The notes under the pieces are model-generated. The model was not told the DNA's origin, did not search any database, and worked only from the letters and a program-made list of their open reading frames with translations. This document shows positions 12,221-25,037 of a stretch of DNA of 64,000 nt, one piece after another. Where the stretch lies: assembly GCA_951406725.2 (NCBI GenBank), contig OX597831.1:67704001-67768000 (forward strand), read 5' to 3'. Position numbers and translations under genes: made by a program. This DNA comes from Octopus vulgaris (taxonomy: Eukaryota). Numbering within the stretch: the first letter of the stretch is position 1; the number at the start of each line of letters is the position of its first letter.

Positions 12221-13989
12221 TGAAAAAAGGCATATCTACAGTTTAATACCTCACCTACTTTGTTGCCTCATAACTTCAGGAAAAACGGATAGTTTTTAAC
12301 GAGACTTCCATCAAATAATCGCTTATATCCTGTAGATTGAGTGTTTAGAAAGATGTGTTGGAAAACTTTACTGAGGGGTTGGGGAGAGGAGTTTCGGAAA
12401 AAACACAGGACCCGACATTTTCTCCTTCATAACTTTCTTGAAAATAGATATTTTTAATGAAAGTTTATACAAATACCTTTGAAACAGTGTAGATTACGAT
12501 TACCAAGAAATCTGTAGGCTAAATGTCTGGAAGGTGGCGGAGGGGGGAAGTTTCTGGAAAACGGAGTTTCGGATGAGATGGCTCACATAAGTTGGAATCT
12601 CTTCGTTTTGACAAGGATTTTCAATGTTTTTCACCAAAGTCTTCAGAATGATGGGAGGCATCTTTTCAAGAAAAACAGGAAAAAATTTTGAAATTTTTTT
12701 TTTCATTCCCGCCACCCCACTTACCAACCCAATCCGAAACGATCTTGGCCATTTTTTTTTTTAGTACACACTTAAAACCCGCCAGAAAAACATTTTCGGT
12801 TAAAAAAAATTGTTGATAATTTCAGAGGAAAATGTGTGATTGAAGGGAGATATTGCTGTTGTTTCTAACACATTCCAAAACCTCCCTCTTTGTTTCATTC
12901 TCACTCACACACCTATTGGTATTTTTCAATATTTTTCTCCCCATACATAAATTTTATGGAATGCTGATGTCAAAGTAACACACGTGTAGTCTCAACCGAG
13001 CGAGGCTGTGTTATGTTTTAAAAAAACGCCTAAAATATCTTTAGTGTTCATATTAATCTGTCAAATGTAATGCATATGTGTTCACGTTATTTTGAATTAT
13101 TCAGGTTCAAGATGGATGTCCACAATATTTGCTTGTAACTTAGTAAATTTTTTACATACAAATTTGAAATTTTGTGAGTGGGTGCTTTATATAACACTGG
13201 TTTATAGTTATTTAATCTTAACTGATCTTGCTGACTTTTATGGGCAGGTAAATTTAATTAACCGGTGTAAAAGCAATAACATTATGGATAAACACTAAAA
13301 CTGAAATTCGTAATGCATCTTACCTGTTTGATTTGTTACTAAAATTATCCCAGATGGCAACCGACAAAAATTTTGCCTCTTTTCAAAATACAGGGATAAT
13401 CAGTACAAGAATTTATTTCGTAAATATTTCGTACCTTGGTGGAGAATAATTGTTTTCACAGATTTTTTCGGGTGCATTCAACGTATCTGACCTCCAAACC
13501 CGCCGCAAGCCACTTTTTCTCGAAAAAGAAAGGTGAGAAGGGTAATGGGGACATCGGAGTTTTCCACGAAGGGAGTTTTGTTTCGCGGATCTTTTTTCTT
13601 TTCCAGGTTATTTTGCATGCTTTCAACGAATGTGACATCGAAATCACGCGTAAACGGCTCCTTTTTCCAGAAAAGGAAAGATTTGGCTGCTATTTCTAGC
13701 ATGCCCTGCTACCACGTAACAGCTATTTGCGTTCATACTGAAATATTTGTGTTCACACCAAAATATTTACCAACGTTTTTCCCTTCAACTTATTTTTTCC
13801 ACTTTATGGAAGGCAATATTTTCTCTGTTTACATTTACTTCAGTGAGGTCACGGATCAAGTGGAAACACATCAGTCACTGTTCCCTCTTGACAGGACAAA
13901 GAAATTTCCCGCTGTCATTGCAAGCAACAAGAGGGTAGATTGGGTTTCAAATCCAGACAGGACCAAACGAGGTCCTACTAATTATTTAT

Positions 13990-14135
13990 AATAAGGAGAG
14001 TTTACGAAAAAAAACAAAAGAGAAAGACAGGTGGTGTACAAAACAAACAGATGTATTAGTATAACGCTCAGGAATAGAAAAGTCTTTTACGTTTCGAGCC
14101 TACGCTCTTCTACAGAAAGGGACACAGAAAAAACA
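13990..14135 (-). mobile_element. Solo PLE pLTR-like unit with hammerhead-like motif at 14082-14123
   Basis: Reverse complement is nearly identical to 52560-52700, including CTGTAGAAGAGCGTAGGCTCGAAACGTAAAAG. Confidence 0.7.
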
Positions 14136-14181
14136 ATAATGTATGTATGTATGTATGTATGTATGTATGTATGTATGTATG

Positions 14182-14245
<64 letters not shown>

Positions 14246-14479
14246 CATATATACAAAGTATGGGGAGGTTAGTTCACAGGTGATCTAAACGAATAGGGAC
14301 GCTAGCTAAGTGCTGTAACGGATTACTGGAACTTCAAGGATATAGCCGAGACGGTAGTTATATAGCTATTGCAGATTTCCGATGCAGCGGATATATAATT
14401 GTTAAACAGGACGTCAAAAATTAAGGCAAGGCAAACATCTGAAGTCATATACAATATTATTATAGGAAGAAATTCAAAA

Positions 14480-14533
14480 TCTTACAGCTGTTTCTGAGAT
14501 ATCCGCGAATATGGGATATTCTGTCATCAGAGA
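14480..14533 (-). ncRNA. Type I hammerhead ribozyme with canonical core
   Basis: Minus strand: TCT-CTGATGA-CAGAATATCC(CATATTCGC)GGATATCTCA-GAAA-CAGCTG-TA-AGA. Stem III is palindromic. Confidence 0.75.
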
Positions 14534-14615
14534 CAAATTGAGGAAAAAAATATGGAAAATGAGAATGGTATATATCAATAAGATGTGTTGAAGTGGCGAT
14601 AAGCATTACTATGCA

Positions 14616-14675
<60 letters not shown>

Positions 14676-14887
14676 CCCACCCATATATATATATATATAC
14701 ATACGTATACACTATGACATATATGCATATAAGTGAGAGCGCATCTACGTATATATGTGTGTGTGCATATGTATGCATATATATACATATACATACATAC
14801 ATTCATATATATATATTCACGGGTGATGTATGCAATGTCTTGAGCCTAAAAACAACAAAACATGGTACAAGACTTCATACACCCCTC

Positions 14888-14924
<37 letters not shown>

Positions 14925-14945
14925 TCAATATATATAGATCAAAAA

Positions 14946-15175
14946 GGCGGCGAGCTGGTAGAAACGTTAGCACGCCGGGCGAAATGCGTAGCCGTATTTC
15001 GTCTACCGCTACGTCCTGGGTTCAAATTCCGCCGAGGTCGACTTAGCCTTTCATCCTCTCGGGGTCGATAAATTAAGTACCAGTTGCGCATTGGGGTCGA
15101 TGGAATCGAGTTAATCGCTTTGTCTGTCCATGTTTGTCCCCTCTGTGTTTAGCCCCTTGTGGGTAGTAAAGAAAT
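14946..15175 (+). mobile_element. SINE family B
   Basis: Matches 508-740. Confidence 0.88.
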
Positions 15176-15327
15176 ATATATATATATAGATCAATAAATG
15201 GTGGGGTTGTGTTGACCGCACGTGGAGAAATGATAAGTAAGGAAAAATTTTTTTAAAAATGCAGAATGGTCAAATGAAAGAAAATTTTAATAAAATGAGA
15301 AATTGATAAAATATATAAATATATATT

Positions 15328-15368
15328 TATTCAACCGGTTTTCGTCATTGTATGACTTGTCAAGAATA
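15328..15368 (-). ncRNA. Mirror copy of the U3-A8 hammerhead
   Basis: Exact reverse complement of 21699-21739. Confidence 0.75.
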
Positions 15369-15996
15369 TTTATGTTTTAAAAAGTTTTTTTAAAAATTAG
15401 AAAGGGGAAAAAAAGAAAATTGCATTGTTTTTTGTAAAAGAATAATGATAAAAATGTACAAAAATTAAAAAATAAGTTCTCCGATACATTGTGAGTTCGT
15501 TGTGTATCTTGAGTTTTATGGTTGTTTACGAAAAAATTACCTTGAGGTGTTAAGATCCAAAGGGATTAAGAGCATGTGTTGTGTTGTTAAATTCAGCATG
15601 TTTGCAGGACAGGAAGTAGTAGTAATTGTGGTCCTGGTTCTTCAGTTCCTGTGTTGTGAGTAAGGGGAGACAACTCTTTTGAGTTCTTCAATAAAACCCA
15701 AATTATAAAATTATCATTTTAGCTTCATTTGCGTTATCTTTTTTATATAATTGCTTGTTAACTTAACTTTCAGATTTTAACACTTTATTTATATTATTTT
15801 CTAATTATATAAATCTGCATAGACAATTGCATTTCAAATTGTCATATCATTTATAATAAAAATGATAGTAATAACAACAATAGTAAAAATGATATTTAAA
15901 GAATATAAGTTTTAGCTTGAAGTGATGAATGCATGGTATCTTTATATATTTGTGTTAGTCCATCCATGAAGAGTGAGGTAGAGAAAGGAAGTTTGA

Positions 15997-18900
15997 TCAA
16001 CGAGGAGTTTGCATATTAAGTTATGTTTGGAATTTTTCAATAAAGCGATTCTCCTTGTTAATTCTCTCCTGTGTGGTGATCCCGTCTTTACATTGGTAGA
16101 AGGGGAATATATAGAATTTTGGGTTTAAGTCTTTAGCACATGAGTCTAAGTGGTCACTCAGTGGAATTAGTCGGTATTCCGGGAGATTTATTTGTTCTTT
16201 ATGCACCGTTACTCGTTTACGTAACGGGAGACTCGTTTGTCCAACATAATTATGTTGGCAACCAGCGCATGTGAGAACGTAGATAAGGTTCTCGGAGGAA
16301 CAGGAGAAGTTAGTCTTGATTTTAAACTTCGTACCTTGTTTGAAGGTAAATTCAGAGCCTTCAAGTAGAAAGGGGCAGGTACCACAGTTTGAGCGTGCAC
16401 ATTTTTTTACTGTTGGGGGTGGATGTGGTGTGTGAAGTTTGGCATTTGTCAAGAGTTTTTTTTAAGATTTGTGTTGCCTTTTGCATTTGAGGATTTTGTG
16501 TGTATTTATAATGTTTTTCATTTTTGGGTCTGTTGACAGTAGACTGAGGTTTTGTATGATTGTGGTGTATGCTTCGATATTTTTGGGGTTGTGGGTGGAA
16601 ATGTATGGAAGTATTTTGAGGTTGTGTGTGGTGTTAGGTTGGGTGGTTTTCAGTGTAGTGTTGTCTAGTTCTTTGGCGCGTTTTATTCCATACTCTATAA
16701 GGGTGGAGGGATATTGACGTTGTAATAGTGTTTTTTTGAGGTCTTGAAGGCGTATTTCTCGTGTTTTTGGATCCGAGACAATGGTGCATACCCTTTTAGC
16801 TAAATTGAAAGGGATATTTGTCTAGGTGTGTTTTGGGTGGCATGAACTAAAGAGGAGGTATTGTTGTGAGTCTGTAGGTTTGTGGTAGATGTCTGTTATG
16901 ATTTCGTTCTTAGGTGTTTTTATAATTAGGAGATCAAGGAATGGGAGATGATGTTTGCTTAATTCCATAGTGAATTGGATGTTGGGATGTATGTTGTTTA
17001 GTATGGTTTTGAATTCCAGGAGTTTTTCATAAGGTTCTTTCCATATGATGAAACAATCATCTAAATACCTTTTCCAGTTTTCCATTAGGTAGGTGTGGAA
17101 AACATGTCCAAATTTCTGGCTTGATATTTCATAGAGTGACAGTTCGAAGTAACCCATTATGAGGTTCGCAAGGACTGGTGCAGCCTTGGTACCCATCGCA
17201 ATGCCACATTTTTGACGGTAGTGTGTGTCGTCGAAGAGAAAAAGATTGTTTGTCAGAATGAACTTGAGAGATTCTGTAATAAAAGACTTGTTAATGCGGT
17301 CAGGGAATGTCTCTGGGTGTTTTTCTAGCCAGAAGTCAATTGCCTCTATACCATACTCATGTGGAATGTTGGTGTAGAGGTTGATGACATCAAAGGATAC
17401 CAGGAGTGCCTCCTCGTTAACTGTTTTCGGGAGGTGTTTGAGCATGTCCAGATCATCCCTAATGAAACTTTTGATGTGGGTAAGGAAAGGTTTCAAAAGG
17501 ATGTCTAGGAAGTTACTCAGGCGGTGTGTTTCACAGGAGGTACCAGCCACGATGGGCCTTAGTTTTAGGTCCTCCGGTGCTTTGATGTTGATGTGGATGT
17601 CAGTGGAGAGTTTGCAGGCTTCGGTGATGTATTTGTTTTTATGGATTTTAGGAAGGCCATAAAAAAGGCTGGGCTTGCATTTGAAAATGGTGATATAATC
17701 CCTTTCTTTTTCTGTGAGTCCCTGGCCGTGTTGGCGTATGAGTGTGGTGAGGTTTCTGATTGTTTTTTGCTGTTTGTAGTTGTTAATAACCTCATAGAAA
17801 ATGTTATTGTTAAGCATGGAAAACACTAGGTGTTTATAAAATTCCGTGTCCATAAGGACCACAGCACTCCCTTTGTCCGCTTCTTTGATGGTGAGGTTTT
17901 TATCCAGTTGTATGTCACGTAGGTTTTCCCATTCTTCCTTACTGAAATTGGATTTTACCTTGGTTTTGCTTGGGGTAAAGGGGAGACTCTGGATGTGTTT
18001 GCAGAAATCGTCCAGTGTTTTATTTCTCCCTTGTGGTGGTAGGAAGTTGCTTTTATTTCTGATCAATGAATCGTCCCCATTGTTGATATCTGTCAAAGCT
18101 TCTGTTAGGCGAAGTTTTCTGCAGAATTCAGAAACGTCATCCTTGACCTCCGGGGGTTGGGTGTTCTTGGGGTGGGTGTGAATTTCAAACCTCTTGCTAG
18201 GATGTTGATTTGGGTTGGTGTCAGTGTTTTGCTGGAGAGGTTTATAATTTTTGTTTTCTTATTTTGGGTCTGTGTTAGCGGTGGTGTTTGTATTTCCCCC
18301 TCTGTCTAAAATATGGTTGTTGAGGTAAGGAGTGTATTCTTTGTTAAAGTTCTGGTTGTATGTGTAGGAGTGTTTTTGGGTGGGGAGGTTGGAGGGGGGT
18401 AGGTAGTTGTCGTATTTGTGTTGGTATGAGATGCGATGGTGTAAGGATTTGTGAGAAATGCGATGGGTTTGTGGGTGTGTGTCTGGTAGATTGTATGGGG
18501 GGATGTAGGGGGGATGTAGTTGTGGTGATTGGGTTCGTGTGGGATGTGAGGGTTTGGAGATCTGTAGGATATGTGGTAGGAATGTGGTTGTTGGATGGGT
18601 GGACTATAGGGGGTTCGTTGGGTGGGTATTATATGTATCGGTGTGGGTAGGATGCCTTGTTTGTTATTGGTGTGAGGGAGGGGAGCCTTGAGGGGAGGAT
18701 AATTTCTAGTGTATGGGAGGTTCTTGAAGGTTCTAATCGGTGGGGGAGGGGTGTTAGAGTGATTGGAAAACCAGGTTTTGTGGTGGGTCTTGTTTGAGAT
18801 GTTTCGGGGGGAAAAGGTTTTTTATATGGTTGGGGGAGGTTGTGTCCTGTTAGGAGGGGGTTTGGAGAGTATGTGTATTTGAGGTGCGGTTTGGAATGGT

Positions 18901-19758
18901 GTTTATGGGGTACAGTGGAAGTCTGTGTTGTGGGTACTTTTATGAATGGGTTTTGGGATTTATGGTTTAATATGAATTGTGTTTCATAGTTGAGGAAGAA
19001 ATCTTTGTTGTTTTCCCAGCGTTTAAGGGAGGTTCGTTCTTCCTTTTCACATTCATCTTTCCATAGTTTAATAACAAGTTCGAGGGGCTGTTCGTTGGTG
19101 TGTGAGGTTAGTTCTAGAAGTATCTCATCGTCTATTTTTGTGTATTTTTGTTCGTGGTTTTGTGCTCTGAGTTTTAGAAGTTCTACTTCGGTTTTCATTT
19201 TTTCCAATGTTAGTTTTTCTCTTAGGGAGCGTTGTTTTTCAGGTTCGTCTGGGATGTGTTTGATTTGGAATTTTCGGGGTAGTATGATAGGGGAGGAGTT
19301 TAACCATTTGTCGTAAATTTCAGCTTTGTTTTGGTTTTTGAGCATGTTCCAGAAGAGAAGTTTTCTGTTGTGTAGTTTCTTAGTCTAAGTAGTGATGATC
19401 TGGTTTTTTGTGCTGGGGTTGAAGTGTGTTCCTTCTGTGTGTTGAGTGGTGTCTGAGGTCTCTTTGGCGTTGAATTGGTAAGTAGAGTTTTCAGTGTAGT
19501 GTTGATTTCATTTAGGTTTACATCTATCTTATCCGAAAGTAGAGTTTTCAGTGTAGTGTTGATTTCGTTTAGGTTTACATCAATTTTATCCGAAAGTTGT
19601 TGATGATGGTTGTTTTCTGAGTTGTCCCGGGATTGATGGAGAAGTTCGTCAATTTTTTTGGAGAATGTAAGTAGATGTGTATTGAGTACTTTGAGTTCTT
19701 TTAGAATGGTCTTATTGGTGACTGTCTCTGTAAGAGTGCTCTTGTTTTTCGGAGGCAT
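15997..19758 (-). pseudogene. PLE polyprotein (N-terminal extension, RT, thumb, Cys motif, GIY-YIG endonuclease), disrupted by stops and frameshifts
   Basis: ORF pieces 19300-19758, 18629-19345, 16822-18096 and 16021-16452. Motifs: KEADKG, YGLPKIHK, RPIVAG, SFDVINLYTNIP, GIAMGTKAAP, WKRYLDDCF, YHKPTDSQQYL..SSCHP, CARSNCGTC, LIYVLTCAGCQHNYVGQT. Confidence 0.93.
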
Positions 19759-20274
19759 TCTGAATCACACGTGTGGTAGAGGGTACAGTTCAATAAATGG
19801 TGGGGTTGTGTTGACCGCACGTGGAGAAATGATAAGTAAGGAAAAATTTTTTTTAAAATGCAGAATGCTCAAATGAAAGAGAAGTTTGGCATTTGTCAAG
19901 AGTTTTTTTTAAAGATTTGTGTTGCCTTTTGCATTTGAGGATTTTGTGTGTATTTATAATGTTTTTCATTTTTGGGTCTGTTGACAGTAGACTGAGGTTT
20001 TGTATGATTGTGGTGTATGCTTCATATTTTTGGGGTTGTGGGTGGAAATGTATGGAAGTATTTTGAGGTTTGTGTGTGGTGTTAGGTTGGGTGGTTTTCA
20101 GTGTAGTGTTGTCTAGTTCTTTGGCGCGTTTTATTCCATACTCTATAAGGGTGGAGGGATATTGACGTTGTAATAGTGTTTTTTTGAGGTCTTGAAGGCG
20201 TATTTCTCGTGTTTTTGGATCCGAGACAATGGTGCATACCCTTTTAGCTAAATTGAAAGGGTATTCAGCTAAAA

Positions 20275-21070
20275 GGGTATGCACCATTGTCTCGGATCCA
20301 AAAACACGAGAAATACGCCTTCAAGACCTCAAAAAAACACTATTACAACGTCAATATCCCTCCACCCTTATAGAGTATGGAATAAAACGCGCCAAAGAAC
20401 TAGACAACACTACACTGAAAACCACCCAACCTAACACCACACACAACCTCAAAATACTTCCATACATTTCCACCCACAACCCCAAAAATATCGAAGCATA
20501 CACCACAATCATACAAAACCTCAGTCTACTGTCAACAGACCCAAAAATGAAAAACATTATAAATACACACAAAATCCTCAAATGCAAAAGGCAACACAAA
20601 TCTTTAAAAAACTCTTGACAAATGCCAAACTTCACATACCACATCCACCCCCAACAGTAAAAAAATGTGCACGCTCAAACTGTGGTACCTGCCCCTTTCT
20701 ACTTGAAGGCTCTGAATTTACCTTCAAACAAGGTACGAAGTTTAAAATCAAGACTAACTTCTCCTGTTCCTCCGAGAACCTTATCTACGTTCTCACATGC
20801 GCTGGTTGCCAACATAATTATGTTGGACAAACGAGTCTCCCGTTACGTAAACGAGTAACGGTGCATAAAGAACAAATAAATCTCCCGGAATACCGACAAA
20901 TTCCACTGAGTGACCACTTAGACTCATATGCTAAAGACTTAAACCCAAAATTCTATATATTCCCCTTCTACCAATGTAAATACGGGATCACCACACAGGA
21001 GAGAATTAACAAGGAGAATCTCTTTATTGAAAAATTCCAAACACAACTTAATATGCAAACTCCTCGTTGA
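20275..21070 (+). pseudogene. Inverted second copy of the PLE thumb and GIY-YIG coding region (frameshift near 20605)
   Basis: ORFs 20229-20618 and 20582-21070 are nearly identical in translation to the minus-strand region 15997-16800. Confidence 0.92.
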
Positions 21071-21698
21071 TCAAACTTCCTTTCTCTACCTCACTCTTCA
21101 TGGATGGACTAACACAAATATATAAAGATACCATGCATTCATCACTTCAAGCTAAAACTTATATTCTTTAAATATCATTTTTACTATTGTTGTTATTACT
21201 ATCATTTTTATTATAAATGATATGACAATTTGAAATGCAATTGTCTATGCAGATTTATATAATTAGAAAATAATATAAATAAAGTGTTAAAATCTGAAAG
21301 TTAAGTTAACAAGCAATTATATAAAAAAGATAACGCAAATGAAGCTAAAATGATAATTTTATAATTTGGGTTTTATTGAAGAACTCAAAAGAGTTGTCTC
21401 CCCTTACTCACAACACAGGAACTGAAGAACCAGGACCACAATTACTACTACTTCCTGTCCTGCAAACATGCTGAATTTAACAACACAACACATGCTCTTA
21501 ATCCCTTTGGATCTTAACACCTCAAGGTAATTTTTTCGTAAACAACCATAAAACTCAAGATACACAACGAACTCACAATGTATCGGAGAACTTATTTTTT
21601 AATTTTTGTACATTTTTATCATTATTCTTTTACAAAAAACAATGCAATTTTCTTTTTTTCCCCTTTCTAATTTTTAAAAAAACTTTTTAAAACATAAA

Positions 21699-21739
21699 TA
21701 TTCTTGACAAGTCATACAATGACGAAAACCGGTTGAATA
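21699..21739 (+). ncRNA. Minimal type I hammerhead ribozyme, U3-A8 core variant, at the PLE 3' end
   Basis: TATTC-TTGACAA-GTCA(TACAA)TGAC-GAAA-ACCGGT-T-GAATA. Stem I is TATTC/GAATA, stem II is GTCA/TGAC, stem III is palindromic. Confidence 0.75.
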
Positions 21740-22050
21740 AATATATATTTATATATTTTATCAATTTCTCATTTTATTAAAATTTTCTTTCATTTGACCA
21801 TTCTGCATTTTTAAAAAAATTTTTCCTTACTTACTATATATATATATATATATATATATATTCCTTATGAGTAGCTGAAGCCGTATTCGTTCGTAATAGC
21901 ACTCTGTATTTCATACTTAATTTATATATATCGTCGAAAGCGCGATAAGCTGTGATATTCGTCTATAAATAGCATCTGTTATAAGTGTACAATGTTAAAA
22001 ACTGAAATATATCAGTAGCGGATGAGAGGTGTCCACAGCGGTGATGTATT

Positions 22051-22090
22051 GCTAAAACGCGTTTCTGCCTATTTGAACTTCGTCAGTAAT
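22051..22090 (-). ncRNA. Degenerate minimal hammerhead-like motif
   Basis: Minus strand CTGACGA-AGTTCAAATAGGCA-GAAA-CGCG-TT. Stems I and II are imperfect. Confidence 0.4.
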
Positions 22091-23086
22091 AACTAGCCAT
22101 TAGAAGTGGCATGCTTAGAGAAACTCAATCACTACTGATATAAAAAAAACAGTGATTGAATAATCATTGATGTCGCAATTAGCCGGGAAACTAAATTAAA
22201 ATATGTTAAGAGAGACAGAAGTTGTATTAGTTCAAAATACCAACCAATGTATCATACTTAACGTATGATACTTATATACATCGTTGAAAATTTGATAAAC
22301 TAGTATTCGTCACGAAACAGTATATGTTATAGACAACTTATTACAACAAGTCATTTTTCAATCACTGTTTTTCTCTTTTAGTAGCATAGAGCAATACAAC
22401 TAAATATATCAGAAGATGAAAGTGACCATAAGAACACAATTTATAAATGTACTTAATACATGAAACGATAAGTAAATATAAAATTATTTATTTCCACAAA
22501 ATGTCGGTCTACTGTGAATTGTACTGTAAAGTTGGTTCATAATCTTTGTTAATACATACCTCTAATTATATTTCACAAATTACTGTTGACTTTACGTTTT
22601 GTCTACTGGTCTGTTATCGTCCATTATTGATACCCCAATTTACTTAATGAACCTACGCATAGGTATATGTATCTCATATTCTACAGTACATTGGTTCAAT
22701 TATTCTCTTACATTGGTCCAATTATTCCGTAAAATTCTTAAAACACATACACACACACACACACACGCGCGTATATATGTCTGAGGCATATTTGATCTGT
22801 AAAAAGACATTTTCAGTGCGGTTTTCTATGAAGGATCTGATTCTTAGTCTTTCGACCAGTTTAGAGCTGCCTCGCTTGATATCTAGTACTAAAGAGAGCA
22901 AAGAAGTTGAAATATCTGGGTATGCACTGAAATGACAGGTGTTTTTAACACTTTTTACCTAAAGCGAGAATTTTTTCACCATTGCAATCTGCAGGGAAAA
23001 CGCCTCTTTGCTGGTCAAATATGCCCTAAACATTCGCACTGATTTAAAGTTTGTTTATTTACGCCCTGCTTCAGTTGCCACTCATA

Positions 23087-23894
23087 CGAGGGGTTAGCCA
23101 AAAGTAACCGGGAACGTTCTCTGTGAGACAAGCCCGTTGTAGTTCAGGCGATGTCCAGTTAGGTCATACTGCCATTGAGTGCTTCTTTACTTTGCAGTGC
23201 TTCTCCCCTGTTCGTCGATTTTTGCAATGGCTGAAACGAAAGAATAGTGTGCTTCCGTGAAATTCTGTTTTCTGCTGGGAAAAACGGCGGCCAAAACAAT
23301 TGTCATGCTTCAAACAGCTTACAAAGCCGCTGCCATGAGCAAAACGAGTGGTTTTCACGCTCTTGGTTTCACTTGTCGCTTGAAGACCAATCTCATTTGG
23401 AGCGCCTTTTCGACCTTCCGAGCGAATGAAAACATCATGAAAATTCATGAACTGATCTTGGAGAACCATCACCAAATAACTGACGAACTTGTTGATGTGA
23501 CTGGTGTGTCCTGGAGCTTCTGCCAACGAATTTTGAGCGAATGAAAATAGTTGCAGCAAAATTCATGCTTTGCTTGCTCATTGAAGATCAAAAGCAGTCA
23601 CGACTGAATGCATGTCGTGAACTGAAAGAACAGTTGGAAGTTGATCTGGGAGTCTTTTCGAAGGTCATCACTGGTGACGAAAACTGGTGCTACGGAATTT
23701 GCAGATGTGGAAGAGGTGCTAAAAGGCATCACTTCGCAAGAGTTCTAGTACTGCTTCCAACAGTGGAAAACGCGTCTGGACGGATGTATTGCTTTTAATG
23801 GAGAATACTTTGAAGGTGATGAGAATGTAAACATAACAAAAAAAGTGAATAAAATAATATTGCAAAATTCCGGTTTCTTTTGGGTACCCCCTTG
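23087..23894 (+). mobile_element. Internally deleted mariner element
   Basis: TIRs cgaggggttagccaaaagtaaccgg / ccggtttcttttgggtacccccttg, TA TSD, VITGDENWCYG motif. Confidence 0.88.
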
Positions 23895-24039
23895 TATTAT
23901 GTACTAGGAATTGATAAGAAAGCCCTCATTTCATTGCTGGCGAACTTTTCCGTTCCTCTAGTTGTCAAATCCTGGATGCTCCACTGGATCAAATATGAAA
24001 GGCACGAAGTATTGTTTGTGGTTGTTAACTTGTTCAAGA

Positions 24040-24185
24040 GCACTTAAAACCATTTACAAAAGCATGGTTCCAGGTTCAGTCCCACTGTGTAGCACCTTGG
24101 GCAAATGTCTTCTATAGCCTCGGGCCGAACAAAGTCTTGTGAGTGGATTTGGCAGACGGAAAGTGAAAGAAGCCCGTCGTATATA
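24040..24185 (+). mobile_element. SINE family A, 5' part
   Basis: Matches 2045-2185. Confidence 0.8.
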
Positions 24186-24266
24186 TATGTGTGTCATCCT
24201 CCATTGCCAATGACTATTGTTGTGTCAAGTGCGTATGTGTGTTCTTGTGTGTTTGTCTGTTTGTAT

Positions 24267-24330
<64 letters not shown>

Positions 24331-24492
24331 AGTCATCTACAGACTAACCAGAGGCGGGTCTCACAATAGATTATTAAATTTTAATATATTAAACACATCT
24401 ACCGACTCCATCCAGTGCATTCACTTCTATGTAAAATATATTTCAATATGTAAAATATATTTCAATATATTATATATGTACACATACACACG

Positions 24493-24561
<69 letters not shown>

Positions 24562-24590
24562 GCATATTCACACAGATACATACATATATA

Positions 24591-24925
24591 GGCTCAGGCG
24601 TGACTGTGTAGTAAGAAGTTTACTTCCCAACCACATGGTTCGGAGTTCAGTCCCACTGCGTGGCACCTTCTTCTACTTTAGCCTCAGACCGACTGAAGCC
24701 TTGTGAGTAGATTTGGTAAAAGAAAGCCCGTCGTATATGTATAGGTGTTTGTCCCTTGCAACCACCTGATAATTGGTGTTGGTGATTCAGCACAAGAGAT
24801 CAATAAAATAAGTACCAGACTTAAAATAAAAGTACTGGGGTCAATCCATTCGACTAAAATTCTTCAAGGCGGTGCCCCAGCATGGCCGCAGTCTAATGAC
24901 TGAAACAAGTAAAAGATAAAAGAAA
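24591..24925 (+). mobile_element. SINE family A (diverged)
   Basis: Matches 2021-2425. Confidence 0.85.
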
Positions 24926-25037
24926 GATACTTATATACTCAAGGATATATGCGTTTGTGTTTTGTATAAACAGGAAAGTAGTACCCCAGTATGGCCGAGC
25001 AGTGAGGGCAAAATATAGTTTAAGAACTACACACATA

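Larger units (their letters stand above)
15191..21835 (-). mobile_element. Penelope-like retroelement (Neptune-type): near full-length minus-strand copy plus inverted 3' copy, inserted in (TA)n
   Basis: RT and GIY-YIG coding on the minus strand. 15191-15282 repeats 19790-19879 (pLTR-type direct repeat). 20275-21833 is an inverted copy of ~15233-16805. (TA)n lies on both flanks. Confidence 0.95.

Noticed and set aside
13420-13700. Possible decayed hAT transposase C-terminus
   Set aside because: The similarity is too weak to call without a profile search.
21415-21458. ACAGGAA-CTGAAGA...TTCCTGT, resembling a hammerhead half in the PLE 3' UTR
   Set aside because: There is no GAAA strand, stem III or UH site nearby, so it cannot be supported.
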